This document shows positions 1 through 8,004 of a DNA stretch of 42,782 nucleotides, piece after piece. A model generated the notes under the pieces. That model was not told where the DNA came from. It searched no databases and worked only from the letters and a program-made list of their open reading frames with translations. Origin of the DNA: Planctomycetota bacterium (GTDB lineage: Bacteria; Planctomycetota; Planctomycetia; Pirellulales; UBA1268); NCBI GenBank assembly GCA_016872925.1, contig VGYR01000001.1:1-42782 (forward strand), read 5' to 3'. The translations under genes and the position numbers were made by a program. Position 1 is the first letter of the stretch. Every line of letters starts with the position of its first letter.

Positions 1-831
1 TTTGCGGCCGAGTCGGCGTTCTGCCCATCGGCCCCTTTGCCGGCACAGGCCCCAGATCGGCGTTGGCCGCAATCACCCGCAGCGTGCTGTCGATGCCCAG
101 GCACCACGGCAATCCAATCGCGTCCAGCTCCTGCCGGAACTGCGTCACGGTGCCGTAGGCACTGTCGGCCAACACCGGCCCGGAGAATCCTTCCGATCGT
201 GCTCGCCCGATCATTTCCAGGGCAATCTGCCACTTCGGACGATAGCCAATCTCGGCGGGAACGCCGGCTTTTTTCATCCGTTTGGCATCCGTCGTCCACG
301 CCTCCGGCAGGTACAGTTCGGCACCGATGCACAGCACGCTCTTCTCGACCTGGAATTGAAGCGTGACGGCGATCTGGCAGTTGCCCACCTTGCCGAGCGT
401 GCCGCTGTACTGCCGGGCCACGCCCACCGAGTGCTTGCCCTGCTTGACGAAGCCCGTGTCATCGATGATCAGCACGCCTTCCGTGCCGAAGATGCGGCCG
501 ATACGCCGCCACATGTTTTCCTGAACCAGCGAGTCCTCCCAGTTGCTCTGGTTGATGAACTGCTGGAGTGCCTGGACGTAGTCCTTCTCCGGCGAATCAA
601 TCGCGGCGAGTCGACCCGCCATCGGCTCGATGCTCTTGCGATCGCCGTCGAGCAAGAGCCCGCGGAGATAGGTCGAGCACCAGTGTTTCCGCTCACTGCG
701 TCCGATGCCGGCGGCGACGTCCTCGACGAACGCCCGCATCTCGTTCTTCAGTTTGTGAAGCTTCCGTGCATTCATGGCCGGAAGCATGACGACAAAACTC
801 ATCTGGCTCAAGATCAGCTAACGTTGTAGTA
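1..831 (-). mobile_element. One end of an IS701-family insertion sequence; the element continues beyond the left window edge
   Basis: Holds the 5' part of an IS701-like DDE transposase gene (2..787, minus) plus a 44-bp non-coding terminus (788..831) of about 43% GC in a ~70% GC background. The outer boundary and inverted repeat cannot be fixed without the other end. Confidence 0.75.
2..787 (-). CDS. IS701-family DDE transposase, N-terminal ~262 aa (3' end outside window)
   Basis: My own translation of the minus strand from ATG 787 gives MLPAMNARKLHKLKNEMRAFVEDVAAGIGRSERKHWCSTYLRGLLLDGDRKSIEPMAG...GVLIIDDTGFVKQGKHSVGVARQYSGTLGKVGNCQIAV...AELYLPEAW..KRMKKAGVP...VLADSAYG. The DDTGF.K.G..SVGV.RQYSGT.GK..NCQ block is the IS701-type signature. 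The gene is missing from the ORF track because it runs off the edge. The listed 2..829 + ORF is its antisense shadow. Confidence 0.85.
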   Translation of the reverse strand, partial: MLPAMNARKLHKLKNEMRAFVEDVAAGIGRSERKHWCSTYLRGLLLDGDRKSIEPMAGRLAAIDSPEKDYVQALQQFINQSNWEDSLVQENMWRRIGRIFGTEGVLIIDDTGFVKQGKHSVGVARQYSGTLGKVGNCQIAVTLQFQVEKSVLCIGAELYLPEAWTTDAKRMKKAGVPAEIGYRPKWQIALEMIGRARSEGFSGPVLADSAYGTVTQFRQELDAIGLPWCLGIDSTLRVIAANADLGPVPAKGPMGRTPTRPQ

Positions 832-1527
832 TTAGAACAGCTGCCGAAAACCCTCGGCGATCGTCCACTCCGCGGACGAGCCGTCGGGATCGGCGGCCCA
901 CTCCCGCCACTTGTTGACGTCGTCGCCGAGATCGCGGCCACTGACGTGCTTGAGCGCGCCGACGGCGCGATACTGCACGGCCGGATCAGGATCCTCCAGC
1001 GCCCTGGCCAGCACCGGCACGGCCGACTTGTCGCCCAACTCACCCAACTCCCGCAGCGCCCGCAAGCGGACGTCGATCTCGGAGTCGGCCCGATAGCGGG
1101 CGGCGAGCAGTTCGACGGCCTCGCTGCCGCCACGCTTCCGCCAGGCGGAACAGGCCGCCATCCGCACCCGATCGTCCGGATCCTCGAGCGCTCCGCGACA
1201 GATCGCCGCCGCCGCCGCCGTGTCGAAATCGGCAGCCACGTCGAGGATCCCGCAGCGGACGCGGGGATCGTGCTCGGCGAGGATCCGCTCCGCGAGCAGC
1301 CGCGTGAACGCATCCTGTTCAGCCGAGGAGCCGGCTTTCACGCGGCTGGCGTCGGCGGTGATCTCCTCCAGCCGCTGGTCGGCGGTGGGGCCGTATTTCT
1401 TCTGTTCGGCGATCGTCTTCGGGCTGGCCGTCAGTCGCTGCCAGCTCGTGCAGCCGCCCGTCAGGCCGAGGCACGCCACCACGGCCCACACGACCCGACG
1501 GCTTGCGGACGCGTCCTTCAAATCCAT
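832..1527 (-). CDS. HEAT-repeat lipoprotein
   Basis: ATG at 1527 inside ORF 832..1947. Signal peptide with lipobox (VVACLGLTGGC). Repeated D/E-P-D-x-x-VR motifs (EDPDDRVRMAA, EDPDPAVQYRA) typical of HEAT/PBS-lyase repeats. High GC3. Confidence 0.75.
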   Translation of the reverse strand: MDLKDASASRRVVWAVVACLGLTGGCTSWQRLTASPKTIAEQKKYGPTADQRLEEITADASRVKAGSSAEQDAFTRLLAERILAEHDPRVRCGILDVAADFDTAAAAAICRGALEDPDDRVRMAACSAWRKRGGSEAVELLAARYRADSEIDVRLRALRELGELGDKSAVPVLARALEDPDPAVQYRAVGALKHVSGRDLGDDVNKWREWAADPDGSSAEWTIAEGFRQLF

Positions 1528-1676
1528 CTCGACCGGCCTCCGAGGGGCGTGGGAGACTAGCGGCGTCCGGGCGGCCGGAGAAGCCCAACCGGAGATGCCC
1601 AGCCGGACCGTGCTCGGGCCCCGGCAGCGGCGGTGGAGACGCATCCGGCGGCGAGCCGGCGCACCGGAGAGGTTCC

Positions 1677-2852
1677 ATGCCCAGACGCTGCATCCTGCCC
1701 GCGTGCCTGCTGCTTGCAGGCTGGGCGGCCGCGTCCTGTGGCCAGGATCACGGCGCCGTGCCGGCGGACCGTGAGTCGATCGAACTCCGCGCCGCCGGCA
1801 CGCCGCCCACCGTCGAGGCTGCGGTCGTCGCGGAAGCCGTCGACGGCGGGATGCTCCTCGAACTCGACGATGGCCGCTACCTGCTGGCGCATCCTGGCGA
1901 CGTGATCTCGCGTCGCCCTCTGCCCGAGGCGGCCACCGCGGAGACACCCCGGCAGCTCGGCGAACGCGTCCTCGCCGAACTCCCCCCCGGCTTCGAACTG
2001 CTTCTCACCCGCCACTACGTCGTCTGCTACGAAACCTCACGCGACTATGCGAAGTGGTGTGCGGCCTTGTTCGAACGCTTGCACGAGGTGTTTCTCAACT
2101 TCTGGTCCCGGGCGGGCATCGAACTGACACCTCCTCCACGGCCGCTCGTCGTGGTGATCTTCTCCGACAAGGCCGCCTACGAGGCGCACGCGTCGCGGGA
2201 TCTCGGGGCAGCCGCCGATCGCGTGGTCGGCTACTACAACCTGATGTCCAACCGCGTGACCACCTTCGACCTCACCGAGACCGATGGTCTGACCGGCACC
2301 GGGGCGGGCTCCGCGGGCACGGCGAACCAGATCATGGCGAGTCCCGCGGCTGCCGGGCTGGTGGCGACGCTCGTGCACGAGGCTGCCCACCAGATGGCCT
2401 TCAACTCCGGTCTGCATCGGCGGCTCGCACCGGTGCCGCTGTGGGTCAGCGAGGGCATCGCCATCTACTTCGAGACTCCCGACCTGGCTGCGAGCGGCGG
2501 CTGGCGGGGCATCGGCCCGCCGAACCGCCCGCGGCTCGACCACTTTCTCGCCCACCATCGGCACGGCGACCTCGTCGCGATCATCAGCGACGACGATCGC
2601 TTCCGCGCGGTGGAGTCGCCTCTCGACGCCTACGCCGGAGCGTGGGCCCTCACCCGGTACCTCGTGGAGGCGAAGAAGACGAAGTTCATCGATTATCTCC
2701 GCCGGCAGTCGCTGAAGCAGCCGCTCGCGGACGACTCTTCCACGGCACGACTGCGTGAGTTCGAGGCAGCCTTCGGGGCGTCCGCCGAGGCCGTCGAGCA
2801 GGAGGTCGTGAAGGCCGCCGCGCGACTGCAGACCAGCCTGCGCGGACGCTGA
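1677..2852 (+). CDS. DUF1570-like secreted protein with an HExxH motif (putative metallopeptidase fold)
   Basis: ATG at 1677 preceded by GGAGA. Signal peptide MPRRCILPACLLLAGWAAASC. LVHEAAHQMAF (HExxH) followed by WVSEGIAIYFE, as in planctomycetal DUF1570 proteins. Confidence 0.75.
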   Translation: MPRRCILPACLLLAGWAAASCGQDHGAVPADRESIELRAAGTPPTVEAAVVAEAVDGGMLLELDDGRYLLAHPGDVISRRPLPEAATAETPRQLGERVLAELPPGFELLLTRHYVVCYETSRDYAKWCAALFERLHEVFLNFWSRAGIELTPPPRPLVVVIFSDKAAYEAHASRDLGAAADRVVGYYNLMSNRVTTFDLTETDGLTGTGAGSAGTANQIMASPAAAGLVATLVHEAAHQMAFNSGLHRRLAPVPLWVSEGIAIYFETPDLAASGGWRGIGPPNRPRLDHFLAHHRHGDLVAIISDDDRFRAVESPLDAYAGAWALTRYLVEAKKTKFIDYLRRQSLKQPLADDSSTARLREFEAAFGASAEAVEQEVVKAAARLQTSLRGR

Positions 2853-2924
2853 AACCCGGCAATTGCTACATTGCTGCGGTTCCCGAACCTCGTGTTTGAT
2901 CCCCGTATCCCAAGGAGCGATCGC

Positions 2925-4130
2925 ATGACGCACGATCCCGTTGCCGGGCGGATCTCCCGCCGCGGCGTCCTCGGCGGTTCTCTGGCCGCGACGGCGGTGG
3001 CGGCTTTTCCCGCTGGCGTTTTTGCGGGCGGCGGCGACCGAATCCGCGTGGGCCTCGTCGGCTGCGGTGGCCGCGGCGTGGGAGCGGCCCTGCACGCGGC
3101 CCTGGCCGGGCCTGATGTCGAGGTGGCGGCCATCGGCGACCTGTTTGCCGACCAAGTGTCCCTGGCCGCGGACTCGATCGCGTCCGCCGGTCGCCGGCAT
3201 GGGGCGCCCTTGCTGACGTTCCTCGGTCCACAGGCCGCGGCGCAGGTGATCGCCGCCGACGTCGATCTCGTGATCCTCGCCACGCCGCCGCATCTCCGAC
3301 CGAGCCATGCGGCGCTGGCGATCCGCGCGGGGCGGCACGTGTTCTGCGAACCTCCCGTGGCAGTCGATGCGGCCGGCGCGCTGGCGATGCTCGCGGTCGC
3401 CGCCGAGGCCCGGGCCCGCGGCCTCACCGCGGCATGCGGCCTCCACTCGCGACACCACGCCCCGACGGCCGCCGCGATCGCGCGCATCCACGACGGCCGC
3501 ATCGGCCGTGTGACGCGGGGAGTCGCCGTGGCGGAGCTGGGCCTGCCCTGGCGACGGCCGCGGCTGGCCGGTTGGACCGACGCGGAACACGAGCAGCGAA
3601 ACTGGATCGACGTCCCGAGGCTTTCCGGGGGACCGCTGGTGGAGCATCACGTGCATGCCATCGACCGGGTGCTCTGGGCCTTTGGCGACCTGCCTCCAGA
3701 GTCGGTCACGCCGCTCTTCCACACGGAGTTGCTGCCGACCCCTGCCGAGCGGTCGCCGGCCGTCGCCGTCACTTACCGGTTTGCCGACGGCCGCACGCTC
3801 GTGGCGGGCATCGCACGGCGCGAGGGGATCGAGACGCGCGTGGAGGAAACCGTCTATGGAACTCGAGGGGACGCCGATCTCCGGGCCGCGCTGGTTTCGG
3901 CACCGGGCAGGGACGGCGGTTCGCCGTACGAGTCCTGCATGCGAGCGGTGATCGAGGGCATCCGCCGGGGCAGTCCGCTTGGCGACCTCGAATCCGGCTG
4001 CCGGAGCACCATGGCGGCGATTCTCGGCAGGGACGCGGCCACGGCCGGGGTGCCGCTGGGGTGGAACGACGTCAGGACTGCAGGTTCCGGGGGCCAGGCC
4101 ATACAGCCCCTACAATCGGCAAGGGTGTGA
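2925..4130 (+). CDS. Gfo/Idh/MocA-family oxidoreductase with Tat signal
   Basis: ATG 2925 preceded by AAGGAG. Twin-arginine motif SRRGVLGGS. Rossmann start IRVGLVGCGGRG. Family-typical EPP motif (VFCEPPVA). Confidence 0.85.
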   Translation: MTHDPVAGRISRRGVLGGSLAATAVAAFPAGVFAGGGDRIRVGLVGCGGRGVGAALHAALAGPDVEVAAIGDLFADQVSLAADSIASAGRRHGAPLLTFLGPQAAAQVIAADVDLVILATPPHLRPSHAALAIRAGRHVFCEPPVAVDAAGALAMLAVAAEARARGLTAACGLHSRHHAPTAAAIARIHDGRIGRVTRGVAVAELGLPWRRPRLAGWTDAEHEQRNWIDVPRLSGGPLVEHHVHAIDRVLWAFGDLPPESVTPLFHTELLPTPAERSPAVAVTYRFADGRTLVAGIARREGIETRVEETVYGTRGDADLRAALVSAPGRDGGSPYESCMRAVIEGIRRGSPLGDLESGCRSTMAAILGRDAATAGVPLGWNDVRTAGSGGQAIQPLQSARV

Positions 4131-4221
4131 TTCCGGCCGTGGCCCCCGCCCGATAAGCCCGTTCGGTACCCCGGGGGCGATGGCGTCGCCGGTGTCGGGC
4201 CGGGGCGGGAGGACGTTGGGC

Positions 4222-5601
4222 ATGGCGACCACGAATCAGACGATCTACCGGCTGTACATCGCGCTGATCGTGTTCGTCGTGCTGACCTTCATCCTGGCGA
4301 TCGCGACGTATCTCTTCTATTCGCGGTATGCGGCAGAAGCCGCGGCCGCCAAGGAGGCCCGCGACGCCCTGTCGCAGAAGCAGGGGGAACTCGGCCAGGA
4401 GAAGGAAAAGTCCGAGAAGCTGCAGGCCATCATCACCGACGACGCCAGTGCCAGCCTCGAGACGCTCCAGGCGGACCTGTCGTCCTTCTACGAGAAGGAC
4501 TTCAACGCCATCCACAAGGGCACCGACGACACGCGGAACTACGCCCGGCTGGTCCTCGAAATCCGGAACGCGATTCGCGACACGAACACCCGGGCGGAGA
4601 ACGCGGAGAAGAACGAGAAGGCAGCCAACGAGCGGGCCGACACGGACATCGCTGCGGCCCGGGCGGCCCAGGAGGGGGCCGAGCAGGCGAAGGCGAGCGC
4701 CGAGGCCGAGCGGGACACGAACCGCGAGAAATGGGACGAGGACTGGAAGAAGCACGAGGCGGAACTCGCGGCCCGGCTGACCGAGCGGGAGCAGGCCGAC
4801 GCCCGGGCCAAGCGGCTCGAAACGCTGATCGGCCGGATCCGCGGCGCGGAGACCGACATCGCCGTCGAGCGCCGGTCCGATTTCCGCGCCAAGGAGACCG
4901 CGGAAGAGCAGCTCGAAATGCTGCTCGATGCGCTGCGGTCGACCGCGGGCAAGCTCCGAGAGCGAAACCGCCTCGTGGAGAGTCTGCGGGCCGCGGAGCA
5001 GCCCGAGCATGTCGTTGACCAGGTCGACGGCCGGATCGTCGACGTCGACACCGACGGCCGCATGGCGACCATCCTGTTTCCGACCACGAACAGGATTCGG
5101 GACGGGATGGTGTTCATGGTGTTCCAGGGAGGCGTGCCCGACCCGCAGGTGGCCGATCGGAAGGGGCTCGCCCAGGTGGTGGGGGTCGAAGGCCCGCTCG
5201 TGCGAGTCCGCCTCCGCGACGAGGAAATCGCCGATCCGATCAGCCCGGGTGACTGGGTGTCGAGCCAACTCTGGGACTCCGCCGAGGCGCCGGAGGTGGT
5301 CGTGATCGGATTCGTCGATCTCAACCGGGACGGGATCGAGGATCGGCGGGTGCTGGAAGACCTGCTGCGCAGCGTGGGCTCGAGGATCGACGTCACGGTG
5401 AAGCCGACGACCACGCTGGTCGTGGATGCCGGCACGCCTTCTTCGGCGGCGACCGCAGCGGCGCGGGAAGATCTGCCCCGGATCGAGTCGCAGCGGAGGA
5501 AGGAACTCGAGCAGGCGCGGACCTACGGGCATCGGGTGATCGGGATCGACGAAGCCCTTCGGCTGCTCGGGGCCGAGACCGAGACGGCCGGCGGCCGCTG
5601 A
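4222..5601 (+). CDS. Membrane-anchored coiled-coil protein of unknown function
   Basis: ATG 4222 preceded by GGGAGGA. N-terminal TM helix (LYIALIVFVVLTFILAIATYLFY). About 250 aa of charged heptad-like sequence rich in A/E/K/R. C-terminal globular part (VDGRIVDVD...MVFMVFQ...; VVVIGFVDLN...TTLVVDAG...RVIGIDEALRLLG). Confidence 0.7.
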   Translation: MATTNQTIYRLYIALIVFVVLTFILAIATYLFYSRYAAEAAAAKEARDALSQKQGELGQEKEKSEKLQAIITDDASASLETLQADLSSFYEKDFNAIHKGTDDTRNYARLVLEIRNAIRDTNTRAENAEKNEKAANERADTDIAAARAAQEGAEQAKASAEAERDTNREKWDEDWKKHEAELAARLTEREQADARAKRLETLIGRIRGAETDIAVERRSDFRAKETAEEQLEMLLDALRSTAGKLRERNRLVESLRAAEQPEHVVDQVDGRIVDVDTDGRMATILFPTTNRIRDGMVFMVFQGGVPDPQVADRKGLAQVVGVEGPLVRVRLRDEEIADPISPGDWVSSQLWDSAEAPEVVVIGFVDLNRDGIEDRRVLEDLLRSVGSRIDVTVKPTTTLVVDAGTPSSAATAAAREDLPRIESQRRKELEQARTYGHRVIGIDEALRLLGAETETAGGR

Positions 5602-5689
5602 CCGACGACCGCCCCAGCCCTGGCCGGCCACCTGCGGGCGTGGCATACTCTGCCGTCTTTCCCCTCCCTCCGCAGGACATCGGTATCCC

Positions 5690-7246
5690 ATGCCTCACCC
5701 GTCGCCGGCCGGCCATCGGCCCGGCATGCTGGCCGCCGGCATGCTCATGTGTGTCGCTCTGTTCGTTGCTCCCGCCGCTTGCAACGCAGAGCAAGGCACG
5801 CCCATCTTCGACGGCACGTCGCTGGCCGGCTGGGAAGGCAGGCCGGATTTCTGGAGAGTCGAAGACGGCGCCATCGTCGGCGAGACAACAGCCGAGAAGC
5901 CGACCAAGGGCAACACGTTTCTGATCTGGCGGCAGGGGCTCGTCGATGACTTCGAACTCACGCTGCAGTACCGGATCACGGGCACGCCGGCCGCCAACAG
6001 CGGCATCCAGTACCGGAGCCGCGACCTGGGCGACTCCGTCGTCGGCGGCTACCAGGCCGACTTCGAAGCCGGCCCGACCTACTCGGGCATCGTCTACGAG
6101 GAGCGGGGCCGCGGCATCCTCTGCCAGCGCGGCCAGCGGGCCACGATCGCCGCCGACGGCGGGAAGCACGCCGGCGAACCGATCGGTGACACCGCCGAAC
6201 TCCAGAAGACGATCCGGCCTGACGACTGGAACGACTACCGGATCGTGGCCCGCGGGCCGCTGCTCCAGCACTTCATCAACGGGCGGCTGATGTCCGAGGT
6301 GCTCGACGAGCAGGCCGACAAGCGGTCGCTGCAGGGCATCCTCGCCCTGCAACTCCATGCCGGGCCGCCGATGAAGGTGGAGTTCAAGGACATCCGGCTG
6401 AAGAGGCTGAAGCTGGCGGATGGTCGCAGGAAGCTCGTGCTGGTGGCGGGCAAGCCGAGCCACGGCCGGGGTGAGCACGAGCACCGGGCCGGCGTGATGC
6501 TCGCGGAGAAGTGTCTCGACGCGCACTTCGGCGGCGAGCCGCTGCCCCGGCTGGTGACCGAAACCTACACCGGCGGCTGGCCCGCAGACCCCACTGCCTT
6601 CGACAACGCCGACGCCATCTTCTTCTTCGCCGACGGCGGCGACGGCCACCCGGTGCTGCAGAGCAACCGGCTGGCGCAGGTCGACGCGCTGGCCAGGCGG
6701 GGCGTGGGCATCGCCTGCCTCCACTACGCCGTGGAGGTGCCGAAGGAAAACGGCGGTCCCGAGTTTCTCGAGTGGCTGGGCGGGTATTTCGAGCCGCACT
6801 GGTCGGTGAACCCGCACTGGACGCTCGCGGACACGCAGCTCGCCGAGGGCCATCCGATCGTCCGCGGCGTGAAGCCCTTCGTGACCAACGACGAGTGGTA
6901 CTACCACATGCGGTTCCGCGATCCGCCGGAGGGGCTGACGCTGATCCTCACGGCCGTGCCGCCCGACGACACCCGCCAGCGGCCGGACGGACCGCACAGC
7001 AACAATCCGACGGTCCGCAACGGGAAAGGTGGCCGCGAGGCGCTCGCGTGGGCCTACGAGCGACCCGCGGGTGGCCGCGGCTTCGGCTGCACGGGAGCCC
7101 ACTTCCACCGCAACTGGGCCAACGACGACTTTCGCACGATGATGCTCAACGCACTCGCCTGGACGGCCGGCCTCGACGTGCCGGAGGGGGGCATCACCTC
7201 GAGCGTGTCGGCCGAAGAGGTCGCGGCGAACCTGGATCCGAAATAG
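5690..7246 (+). CDS. DUF1080 (3-keto-disaccharide hydrolase-like) / ThuA-like fusion protein, secreted
   Basis: Signal peptide. The DUF1080 pattern [68 protein letters not shown]. Then a ThuA-like half ([18 protein letters not shown]...). Confidence 0.85.
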   Translation: MPHPSPAGHRPGMLAAGMLMCVALFVAPAACNAEQGTPIFDGTSLAGWEGRPDFWRVEDGAIVGETTAEKPTKGNTFLIWRQGLVDDFELTLQYRITGTPAANSGIQYRSRDLGDSVVGGYQADFEAGPTYSGIVYEERGRGILCQRGQRATIAADGGKHAGEPIGDTAELQKTIRPDDWNDYRIVARGPLLQHFINGRLMSEVLDEQADKRSLQGILALQLHAGPPMKVEFKDIRLKRLKLADGRRKLVLVAGKPSHGRGEHEHRAGVMLAEKCLDAHFGGEPLPRLVTETYTGGWPADPTAFDNADAIFFFADGGDGHPVLQSNRLAQVDALARRGVGIACLHYAVEVPKENGGPEFLEWLGGYFEPHWSVNPHWTLADTQLAEGHPIVRGVKPFVTNDEWYYHMRFRDPPEGLTLILTAVPPDDTRQRPDGPHSNNPTVRNGKGGREALAWAYERPAGGRGFGCTGAHFHRNWANDDFRTMMLNALAWTAGLDVPEGGITSSVSAEEVAANLDPK

Positions 7247-7290
7247 GTTTCGGAACCGATCGATTCACCCGCCCACGAAGGAGGCAGGCG

Positions 7291-7647
7291 TTGCCCACGA
7301 TCACGGTCGAAGGAACAGGGGCGTTCGAGGTACCTGCCGGCAAACGTCTGGTGAACGCGCTCGCCCACGAGTGCGGCACGGACCAGCTCCACGCCTGCGG
7401 TGGCGTGGCCCGCTGCACGACCTGCCGGGTCGAGTTCGTGGCCGGGGAGCCGGCGCGGATGACCCAGGCCGAGAAGGACGTGCTCGCGGCCAAGGGCGTG
7501 ACGACCCCGGGCGTGCGGCTCTCGTGCCAGATCGCGTGCGACGCCGACATGACGGTCCGGCTGATCAGCCGCTTCGAGGGCTCGGGCCGCAAGGACTGCG
7601 GCCACCGCTGCGGCGACGCGATCGAGCCGCCGCCGCAGTGGGGATAG
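7291..7647 (+). CDS. 2Fe-2S ferredoxin
   Basis: TTG start 6 nt after AAGGAGG (7278..7284), in frame with ORF 6511..7647. Cluster ligand pattern C-x5-C-x2-C ... C (HACGGVARCTTCRV ... LSCQI). Confidence 0.8.
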   Translation: MPTITVEGTGAFEVPAGKRLVNALAHECGTDQLHACGGVARCTTCRVEFVAGEPARMTQAEKDVLAAKGVTTPGVRLSCQIACDADMTVRLISRFEGSGRKDCGHRCGDAIEPPPQWG

Positions 7648-7649
7648 GG

Positions 7650-8004
7650 CGACTCGATCACCCGTGCCCCTGCCACATCCGGATGGCAGGTTCGCGGAAA
7701 GGTCGCCGGCCTTGCAGAGGAGCGCGGGTTTTCAACCCGCGGTGCAGTCGGCACAGGTTGGAAACCTGTGCTACTCCCCCGACCGGCCTCCCTGCACCTC
7801 TCCTACCGCGAGGCGTTGGCCGTCCGCGCTCACCGACCCGCACTCAGCGCGGGGTTGCCCGTGCCCCGCGAGCCGGCGTATGCCGCCAAGCGCAGCCAGG
7901 ATGGCGAAGCGCCGGCGGCATCCGAGTGAACGAAGGGCAGGATGCCCTGAGTGAACGTCCGGCGACGGGGCACGGGCAGCCCCGCGCCACCCGAACGGCC
8001 CGCG
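7650..8004. repeat. Intergenic mosaic repeat locus A
   Basis: Hairpin module H1 GCAGAGGAGCGCGGGTTTTCAACCCGCGG (7714..7742) also occurs at 26548..26577. Hairpin module H2 CACAGGTTGGAAACCTGTG (7752..7770) has a relative at 29671..29688. A partial long module L (7904..7990) aligns with 29711..29875 and with the reverse complement of 26571..26733. Inverted 18-bp arms at 7851..7868 and 7966..7983. Confidence 0.85.
7669..7690 (+). terminator. Candidate stem-loop terminator after the ferredoxin gene
   Basis: CCTGCCA-catccgga-TGGCAGG hairpin 22 nt after the stop codon, followed only by TT. There is no real U-tract, so this is weak. Confidence 0.25.

Noticed and set aside
2-829. 275-aa + strand ORF at the left edge
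   Set aside because: It is Arg/Pro/Gly/Leu-rich with no family resemblance. The opposite strand encodes a clean IS701-type transposase, so this is an antisense shadow ORF.
4072-7108. Long minus-strand ORFs 4072..5691 (539 aa) and 5393..7108 (571 aa)
   Set aside because: They lie antisense to well-supported + strand genes (the coiled-coil protein and the DUF1080/ThuA fusion). Their Arg/Gly/Pro-rich composition is typical of stop-free frames in ~70% GC DNA.
7714-7770. tRNA-like or small RNA gene suggested by the GGTTTTCAACC / GGTTGGAAACC hairpins
   Set aside because: There is no cloverleaf, no T-loop GTTCRANYC consensus and no acceptor stem. The same hairpins recur as modules of the dispersed repeat family.
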